NCBI GenBank assembly: GCA_051362555.1
Contig: CM120648.1
Location: 18,224,587 to 18,288,586, forward strand
Reading direction: 5' to 3'
DNA length: 64,000 nt
Source of the DNA: Lingula anatina
Taxonomy: Eukaryota; Animalia; Brachiopoda
Under the pieces are notes generated by a model. The model was not told the origin of the DNA. It saw only the letters and a program-made list of their open reading frames with translations, and ran no database searches. This document shows, piece after piece, positions 60,047-64,000 of this stretch (position 1 is its first letter; each line of letters starts with the position of its first letter). The position numbers were made by a program, and so were the translations under genes.

Positions 60047-61869
60047 ATCAGTGGAAAAGTGGACATGGGCGCGCAGATTTCTGTAATGTCAGGGAGAGTG
60101 CATTGCGCGTATTTAATGTTAGCCACCAGTTTTTAGTTGTATTGACCTACTATCTCTTGCTGCAGGGAATTGGAAATTTAGAAATTCAGGTTTGCGACAA
60201 AATTTTGTGGTGAGATTAACTCTTGTACATGTAGCACCAATGAAAGTGGAAAATTGAATGCATATGTTCAGTACAACTTAAGTTTTCTGCAAATTGACGG
60301 AAAAGATATAGCGGGACGAAGGATTCACAGATCAAAGGAATAATAATAGCACTAGTACATATAGCGAAATGAAAAGAACAGTGGTATTCCCAAAATCGGA
60401 ACATAATTCCATGCGAAATCTATAAACAGACTGAAAGGTAGTCTGAAAAGAAATAAAGAGTAAATTGGGGTCACTGATTCAGAGAATGGTGCTGTCCAAA
60501 AATTCCGATCAATAAAGAAAACTTCATGCGATAAAGTCATGTGGTAGCTACAGTAACAAATGACATTTTGGAAACATCTAAATTTGATTGGTATTAACTT
60601 AGGGGGTGGATTGTAAAGTTTAAAAAAAAATAATAATAAAAACCTGTGCCTGCATTATCAGTTACAAAGCTGATGAGACAACATGTACCGATGTATATCG
60701 AATCTTAAAATACGCTTGTGGGATAAAACATACTAGTGGAGGTTTTCATTCACCCTCCAATAACTGGTAACATCCCTATAACAAGTGTACACCCGAACCA
60801 AGACTTAAGTTGTGGGATTAAATTCTGCAGGGTTTTCAAGTGTTAATTCCCCTAATTTCGAGAATATCCCTAGAACAAGTAACCGATTGAAAAGGACTAA
60901 ATGTCACAGACTCTGAAGGTGGGTGGAAGCACTAAGGGCCCTTCAAGTGCCCCATTCACTGGTAGACGTTTGTAAAACTAAAAATTAACACAAAACTACC
61001 GGTAGTATAACATCTTTCAAGACTCTAAACATCGAGAGTCCAAGTTTGTACATGGACAAACATGTATTTATAAGTAGCTCCTTTCAAATAAAAGTGGGGG
61101 GGATGTTGTGTTCGTGCATTTTCCTACCTTCACCCGGTGTGCTCTCCCTGCGCGGAGAGCGCGCAATTACGGTAAGTACTGCGCACACCAGGTGGAGAGT
61201 TCAACTTCCCTGCCTGATCCCGGTGAGTACAACTCATCCACAGCTACCGTGCAGACGTGTGCGGTACAGACGACAAAAAATAATCAGAATTGAGACACTA
61301 TACACAGTGATCTACAATCTCACTCCGTAAGTAGAACCAGTGAATACTTTAATAAGCACTAAAATGCAGCAGAGGGGAGGGCATGTAAAACTGGCCCCAG
61401 GCAGTAACATTTCACTCTGATATGAAAAATAACACATCAAATTAAAGGTAAATGAACAAATTTATTTCTAAAATTTATTTCAAAATTTTCAAATGATCCA
61501 AAATTGAAAAATAAACTCATTTTTCTCTTATATGCAAATCTTCTTGATTCAAACTTGCTAAACAAGGAAGGCCGGAAGTGCCGTATAACCTGTAAGTTTA
61601 GCAACCCTATCATTATACACTCCCTCTATTGTATTCTACGGGGTAAATATACACATTCTTAATACCAGTACGGTACTATATTTTTTATTGCCAGCTACTA
61701 ATCCAAGTGTTTAGTAACAAATTTTATTGAAAAGGTGCAGTGAATCACCTCACCATGATTGTGAAGTAACCTTAATTTTTTTTTTTTTTTTTTTTTTTTT
61801 TTGGAAATTTACCCATGTCAGCCTAAGTTCTGCATTCCATTTATAAATGACACATTTTTATATTTTAAG

Positions 61870-63845
61870 GTTCAGGGATTCCAGAAATGAAAACTATTCT
61901 TCGCGGGGTTGTGCTAAAAGAATATTTGACACTGAAGACATTGGTGTCGAAAGTGGTCGGCTTGTGTTCCTCACTGGGCAGTAGACTTCCCATAGGGAAA
62001 GAGGTTTGTATTCAGTACAATGATATAACACACTGAGCAGTAGACTTCCCATAGGGAAAGAGGTTTGTATTCAGTACAATGATATAACACACTGAGCAGT
62101 AGACTTCCCATAGGGAAAGAGGTTTGTATTCAGTACAATGATATAACACACTGAGCAGTAGACTTCATAGGGAAAGAGGTTTGTATTCCGTAAAGTTCCA
62201 TTGTTTGTATTCCTTAGTGGGCAGTCAGTTGGATGTGTCTCACCTGAAATCTTATGAAGATTTCATCAGATTTAGGCTGTCTTCTGGAAGGCGGTCAGAT
62301 TTTCAAATTTACATTGACGGGTATTTATTTTTTTTCTGTCGGAAGATGGTCTTAAATGGAGGATGGATCTACAAAGAAAATTTGGAAGGCTGTCAGAAAT
62401 ATATCTGGATCTGCCTATCCTGTAGAAGCCTGCTTTTACTACATACATTCAGTAATTAATACCATGATGCATGTTCATTGTTAAACAGATGCCTGAAACT
62501 GTAGGTCCGATTGGTCATGACCGACAAAATTTGTCTGGACAGGTAAAAAATTGTACATGGTTAGTCCAAAGGACCGGCAAGAGTTTTAAGAACTGCAATT
62601 TTGAATTTACAGTTATCATTCTACATACTTCACTAATAAAATTATATAAAACCCAAAGCATTTTTCCCTTCCATTTCTAACCGATCACATTCACAAATAA
62701 GTTACTTAATCATAGTATTTATCTCAAACGAGTCCGGCAAAAATGCATACGGTCAGGCAAATTTTTCATTACTTTCGGCCCAAATGTCCTGCCATTTTGA
62801 ATAGTTTTCAGCATGTCTGGTTAAAATTCCATATAATGCTGTACGTCACTGTTATGATATGTAAGTGGGTTGATTATCCCTTTTCAGGGCCCCTTTGTCC
62901 ATGTAGCCAGTATTGTGGCCACTTTGTTATCCAAGTTAATGGCCGTCAGAAGGATTTATGATGTAAGTATAGTGTGCTAACATAAATATTTATGTCAAAC
63001 GTACAGTCAGTATCATGTTTTTTTTTTCCTTTTTTTGAGGGGGAAGGCATTTGTAGTGTACTGTCAGTTTGTTGAAATTGTTTAGATGCACAGGTAATAA
63101 ACTGAAAGATTATGTTACAACTTTACAGCATTATGACAATTTATTTTATATTATAAAGATATTATTGTTACATTAGACACATACTTCCAGAATGAATCCC
63201 GTAACTATGAGATGCTGGCTGCTGCCTGTGCTGTGGGAGTGGCATGTACTTTTGCTGCTCCTATTGGAGGTATGCTGCTATCTACTGCGGTAACATAAAG
63301 AAACAAGAAAGAGACATAAAGAACAAGGAAGAGATTTTTCTGATAATTGACAGATTTAGAACTTTTGGGGAGCTAAAAATATCACTGGCCTAGGGGGCCC
63401 CTAGGTCCCATGCCTTATTTTCTGACTTTTTCACTGTATGGCAGTCTTATCCCTGTATAAAACTTAATGTTCAGGACAGATATAGGGCAGGGCTGTAACA
63501 CTAAAAAAAATTCTTATATTTAGAAATCTGGACACATCTTAATTTGAAATATGTCCTATTAAAAAAAAGTATTTCAGTCAACTTTGACCTTGGTTAATGA
63601 GTTGCTGTATGCTTCAGTAACTTCATGAAATTGTTAATTTGTCTTTTTTTCTCTTCAGGAGTGTTATTCAGTATATATGTCACGTCAGTGTAATATTTTA
63701 CTACCTTGTTTCTCTTCAGGAGTATTATTCAGTATAGAAGTCACATCAGTATATTTTGCTGTCAAGAACTACTGGAGAGGATTCTTCTCTGCCGTGTGTG
63801 GGGCTGCGGTATTTCGCTTACTGGCAATATGGGTGCAGGAAGAAG
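61870..63845 (+). CDS. CLCN2: ClC-2-like chloride channel, internal exons 61870-62003, 62888-62962, 63191-63269 and 63720-63845 (partial)
   Basis: [21 protein letters not shown]...PIGKE|GPFVHVAS...|[26 protein letters not shown]|[23 protein letters not shown]; consistent splice phases. Confidence 0.92.
61972..62190 (+). repeat. 59-bp tandem repeat (about 3.6 copies) spanning the ClC exon end and its donor site
   Basis: CACTGAGCAGTAGACTTCCCATAGGGAAAGAG|GTTTGTATTCAGTACAATGATATAACA repeated with period 59. Confidence 0.9.
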
Positions 63846-64000
63846 GTATCTAAAGAAGAGAATTCCAATTTTTTCCATCAATCATCATATTTAAGTTTAT
63901 GAAAAATTGATTTGTCAGATTTCAATTAATTTTGCTTGTTTTAACTGATTACAATAATTGGTTAAGAGCTCAATTTTACCAGAGTTAATCATTGGTTTAG

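Larger units (their letters stand above)
48724..61351 (+). mobile_element. Tandem array of Gypsy-like Gag-only LTR retroelements sharing LTRs
   Basis: LTRs of 247-248 bp at 48724-48970, 52171-52417, 57145-57391 and 61104-61351 (partial at 52099-52169). A PBS-like TGGCGAC follows the first three, and a PPT AAAAGTGGGGGG precedes the last two. Confidence 0.88.

Noticed and set aside
61930-61965. Hammerhead-like CTGAAGA...GAAA motif
   Set aside because: It lies in ClC-2 coding sequence ([10 protein letters not shown]) and lacks proper stems.

Overview
AT-rich, intron- and transposon-rich animal genomic DNA. A marine invertebrate such as a mollusc is my inference from the gene and TE families present. 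The main result is a hand-built 14-exon + strand gene model (1311-26686, 3846 nt, about 1281 aa, all splice phases compatible). It fuses an NHL beta-propeller, a complete Roc GTPase (G1-G5), a COR domain and a catalytically intact QACQG caspase, i.e. an NHL-Roc-COR-caspase. Its introns hold Helentron-type HINEs, MITEs, a duplicated mini-exon and a dead duplicate of the COR exon. Downstream are DIRS, Tc1 and Penelope remnants. A Harbinger transposon follows, whose Myb/SANT gene contains a 5.6-kb in-frame 39-bp minisatellite exon and a foldback insertion. Next is a tandem array of Gag-only LTR elements with an N-terminal ComEA-like HhH domain and a six-fold repeated, covarying three-way-junction motif. 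Four exons of a ClC-2-like chloride channel lie at the right end. All calls were made by eye, with no database searches, and exon joins need RNA evidence.
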